Assembly: GCA_964485605.1 (NCBI GenBank)
Contig: CAZALQ010000001.1
Coordinates: forward strand, 604-64,603
Length of the DNA stretch: 64,000 nt
Reading direction: 5' to 3'
Source of the DNA: an uncultured Oscillospiraceae bacterium
GTDB lineage: Bacteria > Bacillota > Clostridia > Peptostreptococcales > Anaerovoracaceae
Positions 62,362 to 64,000 of this stretch are shown here, one piece after another; position 1 is the stretch's first letter; each line of letters begins with the position of its first letter. Made by a program: the position numbers and the translations under genes. The notes beneath the pieces are model-generated. The model did not search any database and was not told where the DNA came from. It saw only the letters and a list, made by a program, of their open reading frames with translations.

Positions 62362-64000
62362 ATGAAAAGCAAAGTATCAAAAAAGTATTTATCGATACTT
62401 CTTGCAATACTGCTGATGTTCTCATTTGCTCAGGCAGTATTTGCAGACTATCACACCGGAGCCACTGGTTCTATTTCATGGATAGACGGAAGTGGCGAGA
62501 TCTATGTTAAACAGCCGAATTTGGTGGCAACCAGTGGCGGCGGATACAACGGCGTATCAAAGCTCGTTAATGGATGGCATATTGCAGATTCCGGCAACAA
62601 TCTCTATTGTTTCATGATTACCAGAGACGGGTCTGTAGTTGGAAATGGCGGCGGAATCGTAAGCTACTGCATAGAACCAGGTATTGCCTGGCCGCAGAAC
62701 AGCTATGTTAACCAGCAGCAGATGTGGGCTCAAGGGTCAGGTTACATCGACTATGTCATAGGAAGGCAAACTTCTGACGCCGGAGCAAAACTGACAAAGG
62801 ATGAGCTCATAACCATTCTCTCATATGTAATGGGCAACGGTTATAATGGCAGATTCACGTCAACAGATCAGTTCCAGAATGCCGGAATGTATGATACCTA
62901 TGGAAAGATCGTTGCAACCCAGGTCCTTGTTTGGGAGTGCATTGTCGGTGAAAGAACCGCAGATTTCGAACATATTACTCCTGCAGGATACGGAAAGGTA
63001 TCTGACTGCATGAATGGATGTGCTGTAGAAAGTCAGGCAAGAAGCCATTATGCACAGATCGAGAAAAAGGTAAAAGCAGCACTTAAGTGTCCATCATTCT
63101 CTACATGGGATGAAACACAAACAGATGACAATACATATCAGCTCGTTAAGGACGGAGATGTGTACACTCTTTCTCTTACGGATACAAACGAGGTAATATC
63201 CTCATATGATATACAGATCAATGTGCCAGGACTTTCCGCCGAAGTAAATGGCAATACTATAACATTTACTTCTTCTGTTCCCATTGACGAAGATGTCAAG
63301 ATCACATTCAAGACAGAGGGTGCAGCCAGTTCTGTTCTGGTCCTAACACATGACGGAACTTTCTCGCAAAGTAACTCGAATCAGGACCAGATCATATCTA
63401 TGGGTGCTCCCACTTATGAGGCAAAGTCCTATCTTTACCTAGCTTCAACCCAAGGCGAAGTCAAGATCAGTAAAACTTCAGCCAACCCTGACTGCACTTC
63501 AAACAACCCTAACTATACACTCGCAGGAGCTGTATATGGTGTTTACACAGAAGGTGATGTTGCAGCCGGTACCGTATCTAACCAAATCGGTACGATCACA
63601 ACAGATGAAAACGGTCAAGGTTCTATTGTTGAAGGACTTCAGCCGGGACAGACATACTATGTAAAAGAGATCTCTGCACCAAAGGGCTTCCTCATTGACG
63701 AAAAGGTCTATCAGGTAACACCGAACGGATCAGGTTCAGCGGCAGCGGTTGTAGAATCTGTTGAAAACCCGATCAACGACCCTCTTACCATAACTATCGC
63801 AAAACAAACTGCAAACCCAGTGACAAATACCACTTCTCTTGCAGGTACTCAGTTTACGATCAAGTATTATGCTATTAGCCCAGATGAAGAGCAGACGATA
63901 GATTCTCTTGCTGCACTTTCTGCAGATAGAACATGGGTTATTGAAGTTAAAGAAAGAGTTAACGCTGAGGGCAAAACAGTATATGATACTTCATTAACAA
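62362..64000 (+). CDS. Secreted thioester-domain adhesin with SpaA/CnaB-like domains; 3' end beyond the window
   Basis: Hand translation is open from the ATG at 62362 to the window end; the ORF track omits it because no stop is reached. Signal peptide ends LMFSFAQAVFA. Thioester Cys in SYCIEPG (codon 62668-62670) and Gln in ATQVLVWE (62920-62922). A later segment is GAVYGVY...LQPGQTYYVKEISAPKGF. Confidence 0.75.
   Translation, partial: MKSKVSKKYLSILLAILLMFSFAQAVFADYHTGATGSISWIDGSGEIYVKQPNLVATSGGGYNGVSKLVNGWHIADSGNNLYCFMITRDGSVVGNGGGIVSYCIEPGIAWPQNSYVNQQQMWAQGSGYIDYVIGRQTSDAGAKLTKDELITILSYVMGNGYNGRFTSTDQFQNAGMYDTYGKIVATQVLVWECIVGERTADFEHITPAGYGKVSDCMNGCAVESQARSHYAQIEKKVKAALKCPSFSTWDETQTDDNTYQLVKDGDVYTLSLTDTNEVISSYDIQINVPGLSAEVNGNTITFTSSVPIDEDVKITFKTEGAASSVLVLTHDGTFSQSNSNQDQIISMGAPTYEAKSYLYLASTQGEVKISKTSANPDCTSNNPNYTLAGAVYGVYTEGDVAAGTVSNQIGTITTDENGQGSIVEGLQPGQTYYVKEISAPKGFLIDEKVYQVTPNGSGSAAAVVESVENPINDPLTITIAKQTANPVTNTTSLAGTQFTIKYYAISPDEEQTIDSLAALSADRTWVIEVKERVNAEGKTVYDTSLT

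Larger units (their letters stand above)
5906..64000. mobile_element. Large conjugative element (ICE or integrated/large plasmid); left boundary about 5.9-6.15 kb, right end beyond the window
   Basis: Contains VirB4, a VirD4-type coupling protein, a VirB6-like protein, an M23 hydrolase, a thioester adhesin, ParA/ParB, a Rep-like protein, a primase, and YqaJ/RecD2. A gene scar sits at the left edge. Confidence 0.7.

Noticed and set aside
6035-64000. Prophage interpretation (YqaJ, Rad52-like, primase, ParAB)
   Set aside because: No capsid, portal, terminase, tail or lysis genes were seen. VirB4, the VirD4-type coupling protein, the VirB6-like protein, the M23 hydrolase and the adhesin point to a conjugative element.

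Overview
Low-GC Firmicutes-type (Clostridia-like) DNA; all calls rest on motif recognition by eye, with no database search. Bases 1 to about 5.9 kb hold ordinary chromosomal transport and metabolism genes: the end of a BCCT carrier, a URO-D-family methyltransferase-like gene, two polytopic permeases and a MerR regulator. This block ends in a chimeric gene scar, an MFS C-terminal half fused to an AAA_14 ATPase fragment. From about 6 kb to the right edge the window is one large conjugative element (ICE or integrated/large plasmid). No integrase or canonical relaxase is visible inside the window. The element has five parts. (i) A minus-strand accessory arm (6.1-14.5 kb) carries a cytosolic SIMPL protein, an unknown 386-aa glycine-rich/helical protein, a divergent RecG paralog, a membrane-anchored ComEC-type MBL hydrolase and several small unknowns. 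(ii) A divergent control region holds a dual-HTH protein (14.5-15.3 kb). (iii) A long plus-strand establishment or leading-type region (15.3-38.5 kb) encodes a catalytically dead topoisomerase-IA homolog, an OB-fold protein, an AAA + vWA/metallopeptidase pair, a YqaJ exonuclease, a RecD2 helicase, a Rep-like HTH protein with internal iteron-like repeats, ParA/ParB, a Rad52-like candidate and a zinc-finger/Toprim primase. (iv) A small cargo islet (38.5-43.2 kb) carries a serine-recombinase remnant, a PucR regulator, an SDR and an IS remnant. (v) A Gram-positive type IV secretion module (43.4-64 kb) encodes VirB4, a VirD4-type coupling protein, a sigma factor, pilin-like and VirB6-like proteins, an M23 hydrolase, lipoproteins and a thioester-domain adhesin that runs off the window. 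The most unusual signals are non-coding. The first is a family of paralogous promoter/structured-leader/intrinsic-terminator modules with compensatory stem changes, one at the head of each establishment operon; a shorter TAATCGTA-box + hairpin element follows gene orientation on both strands. The second is a 21-bp inverted-repeat operator (ATCTAAATA-N3-TATTTAGAT) present at three promoters. Candidate undescribed protein systems are the OB-fold/AAA/vWA-metallopeptidase/156-aa operon and the SIMPL + 386-aa + 91-aa cluster at the element edge.
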